NCBI GenBank assembly: GCA_965205485.1
Contig: OZ242180.1
Coordinates: 1,184,001 to 1,248,000 of the forward strand
Source: Candidatus Latescibacterota bacterium
GTDB taxonomy: Bacteria > Latescibacterota > UBA2968 > GCA-2709665
Direction of reading: 5' to 3'
Length of the DNA: 64,000 bases
Position numbers and translations under genes: made by a program. Positions 7,600-18,323 of this stretch are shown here, one piece after another (positions within the stretch are counted from its first letter, which is position 1; each line of letters starts with the position of its first letter). The notes beneath the pieces were generated by a model that was given only the letters and a program-made list of their open reading frames with translations, did not search any database and was not told where the DNA came from.

Positions 7600-10050
7600 T
7601 CACGATTTCATTCTTTCCCCCCGGGGGTCGTAGAGCGGTTCGCGCGAGACCGTGGCCGGATAGCGTTCGCCGAAGTATTCGATTTCCACGGATGTGCCCT
7701 GCTGCGCGTATTCCAGCGGGAGGTAGCCATAGGCAATGTATCGGCCTACGGTGTATCCGTGATTGGCGCTGGTGACGTACCCGAGAACCCGGTTGCCGTC
7801 CAGTATGGGTTCCTTGCCCATCACAACCGCTTCCGGATCGTCCAGGGTGAGGCAGCAGAGCTTCCGTTGGATTCCCTCTTCCCGGATTTTCAGCAGGGCG
7901 TCCCGCCCCGTGAAGTCGCCCTTGTCGAGTCTGACGGCCCATCCCAGACCGGCTTCATAGGGGTTGTACTCCGTGTGAATATCCGCGCCCCACAGGCGGT
8001 ATCCCTTTTCCAGCCGGAGCGAATCGAATGCCCCGCCGCCGAGCGCGACGAGACCGCAGTCGCCGCCGGCCTCCCAGAGCGCGTCCCACAGGCAAAGCCC
8101 GAATTCAGCCGGCGCGTAGAGCTCCCATCCCAGTTCTCCCACGTAGGACAGCCGCAGCGCGAGGGCGGGGACGGCGCCGATTTGGATCTCCTGCGCGGAG
8201 AAGTACGGGAATGCACGTTTGGTCAGATCGTCGTCGCAGACCCTTTGGAGGATCCTTCGGGCTTCGGGCCCCCAGAGGCCCAGGCCGCAATAGCTGGAGG
8301 TCACGTCCGCAATGTGAACCGCGCGTTCATCCCGCGCGTGGCGGGTAATCCATGCCAGGTCGCGCATCCCGGAAGCGGCGCCGGTGAGCACCAGGAACCG
8401 GTCGGCCGCCAGACGCGTGACGGTCAAGTCGGCGATAATGCCGCCCCTCGAGTTGAGCAGCGCCGTGTAGACGACCTTGCCGACGGGTCGGTCGATCCGG
8501 TTGGCGGCGATGCGCTGCAGAAAATCCAGGGCGCCCGCGCCAGCGATTTCGATCTTCGTGAACGGCGTGATGTCGCACAGCCCCGCGCCGCGCCGGGTGG
8601 CCCGGTGTTCCGCACCCTGGATGGGAGACCAGTACCGCGCCTCCCACCCGGTGCGCGATGGCAGGTCGTCTTCCTCGTCCACCAGGACGCCATTGGCGCC
8701 GAACCACTGCGGGCGCTCCCATCCGGCGTTTTCGAAGAACACCGCGTCGAGTTCCTCAAGCCGCGGATGAAACGGGCTCACGCGCAGGCCGCGCGGATGG
8801 TCCATCTGTGCCAGCGGGTGGATGATATCGTACACTTCGCGGTACTGCTGCGCCCCCCGGGCTTCGACATATTCCCGGGTGTGGACGTGCGGCCGAAGCG
8901 GTTCAGGTCGGCGTCACCCAGATCGATTTCGGGCGCGCCGGAATCCATCCATTCCGCCACCGCCTGTCCGACGCCGCCCCCATGCGTGATCCACACGGCC
9001 TCCGCAACCCAGAGACCGCGAACGTCGACGGACTCTCCGAGAAGAGGCAGTCCGTCCGGCGTGAAGGAGAAGAGACCGTTGATCCTGTAGTCGAGTCTCG
9101 CGTTCCTGAGGGCGGGAAGGAGTTCGTCCGCCGCTTCTCGCGCCGCCGTGAAGTGCTCCGGGGTGAACTCCATGATGGAGGGTGAAAGCCTGGCTTCATC
9201 CGGGCTGACCAGGTCGTCCGGACGTACCAGAAGCGGCTCGTGTCTGTAGGAGCCGATGCCGTACCGGTCGCCCTGCTGCCTGAAATACATGGCGGAGTCC
9301 TGGTGGCGCAGGATGGGATGGACGACCTCCCGGTTTTCGCCCGCCAGTTCCGGCAGCGGCGCGGTGAGGGCGTAGAGATGCTGCACAGGGGTGAGCGGAA
9401 TCGAAATACCGGCCATGCGGCCGATGCGCGGGCCCCATATTCCCGCGCAGATCAACACCTGGTCCGCGGCAATGCGACCTCTGTCGGTATTTACCCCCCT
9501 CACCCTGCCGTTGACGACCTCGATACCGGTGACTGTGGTTTTACCGTGAAACGCGGCGCCGGGTTCCGACGCGCGCGCCATCGCTTCGCAGGCGCGTACG
9601 GCTTTGGCGATGCCGTCTGAGGGGACGTGGTATGCGCCATGGATCCGGGTCCGCATCGAGGAGAGGGAGCCTGGATCCGGCCTCTTCAGGCGAAATGAGG
9701 TGGGCTTCCAGCTCCCAGGACCTGGCGGCGCCCAGTTTACGTTTCAGGTCTTCCAGCCGTTCGGGCGTGTAAGCGACTTCGAAGCTCCCGACAGGATAAA
9801 AACAGGGATTTCCGTCCAGGTCCAGCGCGTTGTACAACGAAACCGTCTTGCCCGACAGGCCGGTCATCATCTTTGAAAAGTTGGTCTGGAAAACCAGCCC
9901 CGGCGCGTGAGACGTCGAACCGCCGGTATCGAACAGCGGCCCCTGGTCCAGGACCGCAATGTCCTTCCAGCCCATCCGGGTGAGATGGTAGACCGTGCTG
10001 CATCCAACGATGCCGGCGCCGATGACAACCAGGCGCGCGTGGTCCCGCAT
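7600..10050 (-). pseudogene. GcvT-family FAD oxidoreductase (dimethylglycine/sarcosine dehydrogenase-like), split by two single-base frameshifts (possibly sequencing errors)
   Basis: Three consecutive ORFs: GAGIVG FAD motif and GSTSHAPG; FSFTPDG; GWERP, SYVGELGWELY, SLRLEKGY; shifts near 9650 and 8890. Confidence 0.88.
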
Positions 10051-10280
10051 GGCGGCCTCTCCTGCTATTTCAGTCATCGGTGTCGTCCGTTCATCGACAG
10101 ACAGATGATGCGCGCGGTTTCAAACAAATCCCTTGACATCGATATTCCAGTTCCTTTCTTTATAATCCTATCCGATTTCGGGTCGCGGTACCTGAAAACG
10201 CGTCGGATGGACTTCGTTTGCCGGAAGACACACGGTGAACCGGAGCATCACAACGTATCACAAGCATAAGGAGGCCTGCC

Positions 10281-10916
10281 ATGCCACTACGACTGGGGGA
10301 CGACGCGCCCGATTTTACGGCCGAGACGACCGAGGGCACGGTCCGCTTTCACGAATGGCTTGGAGACGGCTGGGGTATCCTGTTCTCGCATCCCGCCGAT
10401 TATACGCCGGTCTGTACCACCGAACTGGGCGCGGTTGCCAAGTTGAAGGCGGAGTTTGAAAAGCGGAACGTCAAGGTGATCGGGGTGAGCGTGGACCCGC
10501 TGGACTCGCATCACGGCTGGGTCAGCGACATCAACGAGACCCAGAACACCACCATGAACTTTCCGCTGATTGCGGATCCGGACAAATCGGTGGCCAGCAT
10601 GTACGACATGATCCATCCGAACGAGGACGACAAGGCCACGGTCAGGTCCGTATTCGTGATCGGGCCGGACAAGAAAGTCAAGCTGACATTGACCTATCCG
10701 GCTTCTACCGGGCGGAATTTCGCCGAAATCCTGCGGGTGATCGATTCGCTGCAGCTGACGGCCTACCACCAGGTGGCAACGCCCGTCAACTGGGAGGACG
10801 GCGAGGACTGCATCATCGTTCCCGCGGTAACGGACGAAGAGGCAACCGAGAAATTTCCCAGGGGGTTTACAACCATCAAACCCTACCTGAGGTACACCCC
10901 GCAACCGAATAAATAG
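10281..10916 (+). CDS. 1-Cys peroxiredoxin (Prx6 family)
   Basis: FSHPADYTPVCTTE, YPASTGRNF, ATPVNW motifs; AAGGAGG RBS. Confidence 0.95.
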   Translation: MPLRLGDDAPDFTAETTEGTVRFHEWLGDGWGILFSHPADYTPVCTTELGAVAKLKAEFEKRNVKVIGVSVDPLDSHHGWVSDINETQNTTMNFPLIADPDKSVASMYDMIHPNEDDKATVRSVFVIGPDKKVKLTLTYPASTGRNFAEILRVIDSLQLTAYHQVATPVNWEDGEDCIIVPAVTDEEATEKFPRGFTTIKPYLRYTPQPNK

Positions 10917-10957
10917 CCTCAGAAGCTGTTTTTCAATTTCCGGGCATCGAAACCTGT

Positions 10958-11004
10958 CAGCCTGCAATGCGTCTTCCGAGGAAGCGTATTGCAGGCTGTT
11001 TTTT
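10958..11004 (+). terminator. Rho-independent terminator
   Basis: cagcctgcaatgcg...cgtattgcaggctg + tttttt. Confidence 0.8.
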
Positions 11005-11065
11005 GTTCGGTCGACGGCTGGTCCGGTACCCGAAGAGTCCGGAATCGGTTGCGGGAGGACTTGAA

Positions 11066-11743
11066 CTATGACGCCAGTCCGGCAACCTCCCGGAGGCTGG
11101 ATATCTCGTAGTCCGGCTGCGGGACGTTCGGCTTGAGCGTATCGCCCTTGCGGTTCAGCCAGGCGACCCGGATGCCCGCCCGCCGCGCGCCGACGATGTC
11201 GTCATCCTGGGAATCCCCCACGTAGAGGGTCTCATCCGGGCGGCTGCCGATCAGGCGCAGGCCTTCATGGAAGATCTCCGGCGCCGGTTTGTACGCGCGG
11301 GCGGATTCCGAGCTGACGACCACCGGAAATGACAGGTTGTTTTTCCGGAGCGCGATGTTCAGATGGTCCTCGTCCGCGTTGGATATCACGCCTGTCCGAA
11401 AGGACTCGAGCCCGGCCACCGCGGGTTTGACATCTTCGTAGAGAGGCGCGTCGGCGAAAACCTCGAACAGGCCGTCGACGTAATGTTCGAAGGAGACGCG
11501 TTTGTCCAGTTTCTCAAGCGTCCGCTCGAGGCTGATGAGATGCGCCTGCCGCATCGTGTAAAACGTCTCGCCCCTGAGGAGCGGAAAAAACGACAGGTCC
11601 CACGTGTTGAAGAAATCCATTGCGGACATGTCGAGTTCCTGCTCACGGACGATGCGGCCGCACATCGCATGCAGTTTGTCCATAGCGCCAGCGAACAGCG
11701 TCTCGTAGCCATCGAAGAATATGGTGGTGACGTCTGTCGGCAT
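11066..11743 (-). CDS. HAD-superfamily hydrolase (subfamily IA)
   Basis: FFDGYETL motif I variant, ISN, YKPAPEIF, YVGDSQDDDIVGA. Confidence 0.88.
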   Translation of the reverse strand: MPTDVTTIFFDGYETLFAGAMDKLHAMCGRIVREQELDMSAMDFFNTWDLSFFPLLRGETFYTMRQAHLISLERTLEKLDKRVSFEHYVDGLFEVFADAPLYEDVKPAVAGLESFRTGVISNADEDHLNIALRKNNLSFPVVVSSESARAYKPAPEIFHEGLRLIGSRPDETLYVGDSQDDDIVGARRAGIRVAWLNRKGDTLKPNVPQPDYEISSLREVAGLAS

Positions 11744-11827
11744 CAGTTCCCCTAACAGTCCGTTGGAAGAGTCGCTCTGAAGACGAGGCTTGGTGTCCCG
11801 GCCCGGATGGGCTTCTTCAACGGGCTG

Positions 11828-13601
11828 CTAACGCTGTTTGGATGTGCTGCTGTCTTTCGAGGCGAGCGGCCCGGTTGGGGCATCCTTGCTGTACAGGGCG
11901 CCGCCCCGCTCGTACGACACCGAGACCTGCCCGTCGCTGACTTCCAGCCGGGGGACGTTCTGGTTGAAGACGTCCCGGTCCGGTCCGCGCATCACGGCCA
12001 GTTGGGCGTCGGTCATATCGTCGACAAGCTTACCCCATCGGTTCTCCGGATGCACCATCTCGCCGCCGCTGCGGTTGAAGTTGCGGGAGGAGTACTTGAT
12101 CAGGATCGCGCGGCGGGCGATCTCGTTCTTCCACGCCAGCGCGCCGTGCGTCTGGCCCCCGTCCATAAAGAAGAGTACGTCGCCGGCCTTCATCTCGGGC
12201 TGCACGACCAGCCCCATGTCGTCGTCGCACGACCGCACCCCCGGCGGCACGCGGTACTGGGCTTTATGGCTGCCGGGCACGCATGCGAATCCGCCCAGTC
12301 GCGCGGGCACGTCCCGCAGTTGCCAGCTCACCGTCACGGCCTCACAATAGCTGCGGCCGTTCTGGTAGACATAGCCGCGCCCGGGATTGAGCGGTTCGTT
12401 CGCATCGTGCAGGGAGTGGCCGGAACCGCCCTTCACGGAACAGAAGGCGGTGGCGTCGCCAAACCGTACGCCGCTGCCGCCCATCCAGTTGAGACGGTGC
12501 TCCACAACGGGGTGCGCGACCATGCGCCGGAAGGGATTGCACCAGGGTTCCGGAAGGCGCAGCAGGTTTGGCAGCAGCGGCCGGCCGGTTCCGGCCAGCG
12601 CCTTCGATCCTCGGGAGAGTTCGCCGCCCACCTCGATCCTGTCGTCGAACCGGTCGATTGCGGCGTTGGCCTGTTCCAGCCACGCTTCGTCCATCACGTT
12701 CCGGAGGACGAGATGACCGCAGAGGTCCCAGAAATAGAACTCCTTCTCGTCGATGCCGGAATCGGGATTCCTGGCGTAGATGGACGGATGGTAGACTTCC
12801 CGGGACTCGTCCAGGCGCGCCGTCTCTCCGTCCGTGCGGACCGTGGGCGGCGGCGACGTGCTCCGGTAGCCGGGCCGCCAGATCGATGCCCTCTGCTCGG
12901 GTGAAATGGCGGACATCCATTCAGGCGTGGGGGCTTCTCTGGTTTTCGGACCTGTCCCCGCACAGCGGATGGCGCCCCGGCCCGCGAACTCGTAAGATAG
13001 CAGGCGCTGGGGTCCGCTTCCTTTCCACGGCCGCATGCCCTGAAGCAGGGCGCCGGCGACCAGAAGCAGGTCGCCCGCCCTCCAGCGCGGGCTGCAGCGT
13101 GAGACCCATATCGTCATCGCCGGTAAGCACGTCGTCCGGGGTCTCCACATTGGATTTGTGAGAGCAGGGCACCATGACAAAGCCGCCCGCCCCGGCTTCC
13201 GCGTCCGCAAGGGCCCACACCGCGCGGACCGTTTCACTGAAGCGGCGTCCGTTCTGGTAGTAGTACGCCCGGGTTGGATCGCGCGGTTCGTTGCCTCCTT
13301 GAAGGGGCGCCTCCGTTTCGCAGGTGTCGTCGCAAAGCAGCTCCGGTTCGGTTTCCAGGCGGAAGCCCTGCCCGACAATCTGGTTCAGGTACCAAACGAG
13401 GTGCGGGTGGACCAGCAGGTCGCGAAAGGGCTCGCGCAACGGATGCGGCCAACCCAGCATGCCCTCATTCCTCCCGCTGGTATCGATCGCCGAATTCAGG
13501 GCGGCAACCTCGCCCCTTCCGAGGACGCCCCTGACAACGAGGTAACCTCCAACGTCGAAGCAGTAATTCTCTTCGTGACTCATGGATTCCTGGTCCATCA
13601 C
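11828..13601 (-). pseudogene. Tandem two-domain phytanoyl-CoA dioxygenase (PhyH)-family protein with one frameshift near 13080
   Basis: ORFs 12921-13601 and 11828-13378 join at LE(A)GDLL; two repeats of GYLV/GHLV..GGF.xVP.SHK..AGD pattern. Confidence 0.8.
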
Positions 13602-13614
13602 GCTTCCTCCCTGA

Positions 13615-13824
13615 GAAGCTGTTTTAAAATTACCGGTGAGTTCCCGAGCGCGAGCGAAAAAGTGGCGGTTATGAGGCGCGAGGGGCGCGCAGCGCCGACG
13701 GGAAAATCCGGCTATGAGAGGCGAGCAAGCGCAGCCTCGATCTCGTAAGACGGGTGGATTTGACCAACGCCGACCGGCGCTTTTGCAGCCGCGCGAAGAC
13801 CGCTGGGAATTTTAAGACTGCTTC
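13615..13824. mobile_element. 210-bp non-autonomous MITE-like element
   Basis: 17-bp terminal inverted repeats GAAGCTGTTTTAAAATT / AATTTTAAGACTGCTTC (15/17 match) flanked by TGA direct repeats. Confidence 0.75.
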
Positions 13825-13842
13825 TGAAATGCGGGTCGGGAA

Positions 13843-14754
13843 TCAGGACACAGCCGCCCATTTTTCCCGTTCCCATTGCTTCTGTCCGATCCTTTCCACG
13901 TAGGACTCGCCCTTGTATTCCAGTATCCATCCCTTGAGCGGCACGTCGGCATCCGTCGGCTGCCACCATCCCTTGACGTCCACACCGTCTCCCAGTAGCT
14001 GGCGCCGGATCGGATCGCATCCCTCGAGGATTTCGTCCGGAATCAGATTGTAGTCCAACCCTCTGAGCCAGCGGTAGCTGTAACCCAGAAACAACACTTT
14101 TCGCGTGATATCGGATGTATTGAACCCCCGTGAATGCCACAGTCGCCTGTCGAAGAGGACCGCTGTTCCGGCCTTTACCCTGACCTGCATCATGTCTTCG
14201 AACACCGACGCTCCGGACGACCCGTTTCCGCCTTCAGGCCAGCGTTCCGGGGGGATGTCGCGCTTGTGGCTGCCCGGAACGATGCGAATTCCGCCCCGGT
14301 CCGGCGCGCTCGTGTCAGTCAGCCAGAACGCAACTTTCAGGGACAGCCGTGGATGCGGACGCTCCATCTCGGGTACGGGACGGCCGCCGTCCTGATGCCA
14401 ACCGCCCGTTTTCGAATCTGCCCTGTCCGGGTGCTCCGGCGGGTAATAGACCAGGTGGGAAATGTAGTGCTGGACGTTCCAGCCCAGGATGTCCCAGATG
14501 AGGGGAAACGTCTTTGGCAGGTCCAGCAGATCCAGGAACGCGGCGTCTTCGACGATGCTTCGAAATTTGTTCATGATTTGACCGGCTCCGAGACCCTGTA
14601 TTTCCCGTTCACGCGCATCCACGCGGTCACCGGCGTCCAGGAGCCTTTCCAGCATTCCCGGATCCAGCGCATCTTCGACGATCAGAAAGCCCTGCTGATC
14701 GAAATGTTCCCGCTGTTCGTCCGTCATGCAGTGGTCAAGACATGCGATATCCAT
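13843..14754 (-). CDS. Phytanoyl-CoA dioxygenase (PhyH) family Fe(II)/2OG oxygenase
   Basis: WHQD, IVPGSHK, AGTAVLFDRRLWH motifs; GGAGG RBS before ATG 14754. Confidence 0.9.
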   Translation of the reverse strand: MDIACLDHCMTDEQREHFDQQGFLIVEDALDPGMLERLLDAGDRVDAREREIQGLGAGQIMNKFRSIVEDAAFLDLLDLPKTFPLIWDILGWNVQHYISHLVYYPPEHPDRADSKTGGWHQDGGRPVPEMERPHPRLSLKVAFWLTDTSAPDRGGIRIVPGSHKRDIPPERWPEGGNGSSGASVFEDMMQVRVKAGTAVLFDRRLWHSRGFNTSDITRKVLFLGYSYRWLRGLDYNLIPDEILEGCDPIRRQLLGDGVDVKGWWQPTDADVPLKGWILEYKGESYVERIGQKQWEREKWAAVS

Positions 14755-15196
14755 TGTTCTTCCTCCGACCAGCGCCCACGAACCGGGTGCCACGGTCACG
14801 GGTGTTTTGGCTTACAACTGACGGAAAATAGCCGAAGGCTCTGTCTGAGGCGCCCGGAGAGAGGTCTCCGCGACCGCGGCCGTCGTGAAACGTCGTCGCC
14901 TGTCCGTGTCGTAAACCCGGTTTAGCTGACGGCTGAAGGCTGATAGCTGACAGCAATACATGAGGGACCGGTGCGGTTTGGTCTTCTTCCGTCTACAGCC
15001 TTACACCTGCGTCCTTTGTTAGAATACCGCCCTTGACCGATAGAAGGCAAGGACAAATGACGCGGGGGTCGCAGGGCATTCACGTTGATTTTTCCGGGCG
15101 GTCTCATTAGATTGCGAAATTGAATATTCCGTATGAATTGCGGCATTTCAAGCGATGCCCCGGCGGGCTGGAGTCTTTGAAAAAAGGGAGCGGATC

Positions 15197-16594
15197 GTGG
15201 CTTCCGGCAGATCGAACGTCGTGTTTATTCTTACGGACGACCAGGGGGTCTGGGCGGCGGGATGCTACGGAAATCCGGAGATCCGTACCCCCAATATAGA
15301 CCGGATCGCGAATGCTGGCGTGCGTTTCGAGAATTTCTTCGTGGCCACACCCGTCTGTTCCCCCAGTCGCGCGACGTTTCTGACCGGGCGCATCGCCTCG
15401 CAGCACGGCGTACACGATTGGATCAGCGGCGGAAACGTGGGGGAGGACGCTGCATCCTACCTGGCGAAAGAGGTCACGTACACGGATGTGCTGGCGGAAC
15501 ACGGATGGACGTGCGGAATCAGCGGCAAATGGCACCTCGGCAACAGCCGGATACCGCAGCACGGGTTCGCACACTGGTTCGTACACCAGCGGGGCGGCGG
15601 CAGGTACAACGATGCGCCGATGGTAAGAAACGGCAAACTGATCGATGCGCCGGGATACGTAACCCACGTCATTACGGACGACGCGCTGGCATTCATCGAC
15701 CGGCACGCGAACGATGAAGACCCGTTCTACCTTAGCGTCCACTATACGGCGCCGCACAGCCCGTGGACCGGTCATCCGCAGGACGTCGTGGATTCCTACG
15801 ACGACTGCGCGTTCGAGTCATGTCCTCAGGAAGCCCGGCATCCCTGGGCCATCGGCCTGACGGACCAATGCCTGGGCAACCGCGAAATGCTGAAGGGATA
15901 TTTCGCCGCGGTGACCGCAATGGATACGGACGTGGGGCGGATTCTGGACAGGCTCGAAGCGCACGGAATTCGCGAACAGACGCTGGTGGTCTTTGTCAGC
16001 GACAACGGGTTCAGTTGCGGCCACCACGGGTTCTGGGGCAAGGGGAACGGCACGCGCCCCCTCAACATGTACGAGAATTCCGTCAAAGTGCCGGCGGTGA
16101 TGAGCCAGCCGGGACGGATTCCGGAAGCCTCCGTACAGTCCGCGATGGTGAGCGCGTATGATTTCATGCCCACGCTTCTGGAGTACCTGGACCTGCCGCT
16201 TCCTCAGGGTCGGAATCTGCCGGGCGGGAGTTTCCTGCCCGCGTTGCTTGGCTCCGGCAACTCCGGCAGGGAATCTGTAGTGGTCTACGACGAATACGGC
16301 CCGACCAGAATGGTCCGGACCGCGGAATGGAAATATATTCACCGGTACCCGGACGGGCCGAGCGAACTCTTCGACCTGGTGAACGATCCGGATGAACGCG
16401 AGAATCGGATTGGTGAAGCCCTTCATGCATCGCGGGTTGCGGAGATGAGTGGAATGTTGGAAGACTGGTTCGCGACCTACGTGGACCCCGAAAAGGACGG
16501 ACGCGAGCGGGGCGTCACAGGCGGCGGCCAACAGCGTCCGGTTGGAGGGGCATGGGAGGATGGCGCGCCGGCGTTTCGAGGGAAAATACAGTGA
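15197..16594 (+). CDS. Formylglycine-dependent sulfatase
   Basis: ILTDDQG, CSPSRATFLTG, GKWHLG, SDNG, ELFDLVNDPDE. Confidence 0.95.
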   Translation: MASGRSNVVFILTDDQGVWAAGCYGNPEIRTPNIDRIANAGVRFENFFVATPVCSPSRATFLTGRIASQHGVHDWISGGNVGEDAASYLAKEVTYTDVLAEHGWTCGISGKWHLGNSRIPQHGFAHWFVHQRGGGRYNDAPMVRNGKLIDAPGYVTHVITDDALAFIDRHANDEDPFYLSVHYTAPHSPWTGHPQDVVDSYDDCAFESCPQEARHPWAIGLTDQCLGNREMLKGYFAAVTAMDTDVGRILDRLEAHGIREQTLVVFVSDNGFSCGHHGFWGKGNGTRPLNMYENSVKVPAVMSQPGRIPEASVQSAMVSAYDFMPTLLEYLDLPLPQGRNLPGGSFLPALLGSGNSGRESVVVYDEYGPTRMVRTAEWKYIHRYPDGPSELFDLVNDPDERENRIGEALHASRVAEMSGMLEDWFATYVDPEKDGRERGVTGGGQQRPVGGAWEDGAPAFRGKIQ

Positions 16595-16604
16595 GGAGAT
16601 CTTT

Positions 16605-18239
16605 ATGAACGTAGCAGATGTGGTAGCCCATATCATGAAGGCGGAGGGCGTGGAGTACCTGTTCGCCTATCCTGTAAATCCTCTCATCGAGGCCGCGGCC
16701 AAGGTGGACATCCGGCCCATTCTCGTCCGGCAGGAACGTATCGGCCTGCATATGGCCGACGCGCTGAGCCGCATGACGTCGGGCAGGCAGATCGGTGTCT
16801 TCTGCATGCAGAGCGGCCCCGGGTCGGAGAACGCCTTCGGCGGAGTCGCGCAGGCGTATGGGGATTCTGCGCCGATCCTGGTGCTGCCGCTGGGATATAA
16901 TAGAACGCTGACCAACGTGCAGCCGAATTTCAACTCGGCGCTGAATTATCGGCACGTCACCAAGCACTCAGAGCAGGTTATCCTCTCGGAAACCGTGCCC
17001 GAAGTGATGCGGAGGGCATTTACGCAGGTGCGCAATGGACGCCCGCGCCCGGTGCTGGTGGAGTTTCCGGGAGACGTGTTCGACGAGGAGATCGCCGGTC
17101 CTTTCGACTACCGCCCCGTGCCTTCGTTGAAAACGGGTCCGGACCCGCGCGAGGTCGAGAAGGCGGCAATTATGCTCCTGGAAGCCGAGCGACCCGTTAT
17201 CTACGCCGGGCAGGGCGTGCACTATGCCGAGGCCTGGGATGCCCTGCGCGACCTCTCCGAACTCCTCGAAGCGCCGGTCACCACGAGCCTGGGCGGAAAG
17301 AGCGCGTTTCCGGAAAACCACAGACTGTCCCTGGGTTCCGGCGGCAGGTCCATTCCCGGAACCGTGCACCACTTTCTTCAGGAGGCGGACCTGATCTTCG
17401 GGATCGGGTGCAGTTTTACGCGTACCAATTTCGGGGTGGCCATGCCAGAGGGGAAGCGCGTGATCCACGCCACGCTGGACCCGGGGGATATCAACAAGGA
17501 CGTGGAAGTCGAACACGCCCTGGCGGGCGATGCGAAACTCACCCTGGAGGCCCTGGCGGAGGAGGTTCGTGCGCGCCTGGACGGACAGACGCGGGGTCGT
17601 GCGGACCTTGTAGCGAAGGAAATTGCATCTGTGAAGCACGAATGGCTCTCTCAGTGGATGCCCAAGCTGACGCTGAACGAGGCGCCCCTCTCACCGTATC
17701 GGGTGATCCGGGACCTGATGCAAACCGTGGACGTGCCCAATACGATCATCACCCACGACGCCGGCAGCCCCCGCGATCAACTCTCACCCTTCTGGGAGTC
17801 CCATACGCCGCTTTCCTACATCGGCTGGGGAAAGACGACGCAACTCGGTTACGGACTCGGCCTGGCGATGGGCGCCAAGCTCGCGTGCCCGGACAAGCTG
17901 TGTATCAACGTGTGGGGCGATGCCGCCATCGGGTTTACGGGAATGGACTTCGAGACGGCCGTTCGTGAACGGATTCCCATTCTGTCGGTCCTCTTCAACA
18001 ATTTCAGCATGGCAATCGAGCTGCCGATAATGCCGGTGTCCACGGAAAAATACCGCAGCACGGATATTTCCGGGCACTACGCGGACATGGCCAAAGCGTT
18101 TGGAGGCTACGGAGAGCGCGTGGAATCGCCCGACGATATCGTCCCGGCAATCGAGCGGGGAATCAGGAAGACGGAGGAAGGCGTTCCGGTGCTGCTGGAG
18201 TTCATCACGGCCAAGGAGATCAAGTTCTCGCTGTACTGA
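16605..18239 (+). CDS. Thiamine diphosphate-requiring enzyme (acetolactate synthase-like family)
   Basis: RQERIG, GPGSEN, WGDAAIG...FNN ThDP motif; GAGGAG RBS before ATG 16605. Confidence 0.9.
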   Translation: MNVADVVAHIMKAEGVEYLFAYPVNPLIEAAAKVDIRPILVRQERIGLHMADALSRMTSGRQIGVFCMQSGPGSENAFGGVAQAYGDSAPILVLPLGYNRTLTNVQPNFNSALNYRHVTKHSEQVILSETVPEVMRRAFTQVRNGRPRPVLVEFPGDVFDEEIAGPFDYRPVPSLKTGPDPREVEKAAIMLLEAERPVIYAGQGVHYAEAWDALRDLSELLEAPVTTSLGGKSAFPENHRLSLGSGGRSIPGTVHHFLQEADLIFGIGCSFTRTNFGVAMPEGKRVIHATLDPGDINKDVEVEHALAGDAKLTLEALAEEVRARLDGQTRGRADLVAKEIASVKHEWLSQWMPKLTLNEAPLSPYRVIRDLMQTVDVPNTIITHDAGSPRDQLSPFWESHTPLSYIGWGKTTQLGYGLGLAMGAKLACPDKLCINVWGDAAIGFTGMDFETAVRERIPILSVLFNNFSMAIELPIMPVSTEKYRSTDISGHYADMAKAFGGYGERVESPDDIVPAIERGIRKTEEGVPVLLEFITAKEIKFSLY

Positions 18240-18323
18240 TCCAGGCGGGGGTTTTCCAGGCGAGACAGGAATCTTACCTGAGACAATAACGAATCTACCA
18301 TTCAACGGAGGGAGGGCATAACG

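Noticed and set aside
7759..9090. Long antisense ORFs (e.g. 7759-9090, 11807-12904, 44457-45620, 54948-56243, 62769-63713)
   Set aside because: Shadow frames of GC-rich genes on the opposite strand with no recognisable motifs
10133..10166. Perfect TTGACA and TATAAT upstream of peroxiredoxin
   Set aside because: Spacing is 22 bp, too long for one sigma70 promoter; a promoter is likely here but cannot be placed
15005..15070. Hairpin between divergent phyH and sulfatase genes as a riboswitch
   Set aside because: Only an imperfect inverted repeat; no recognisable aptamer consensus
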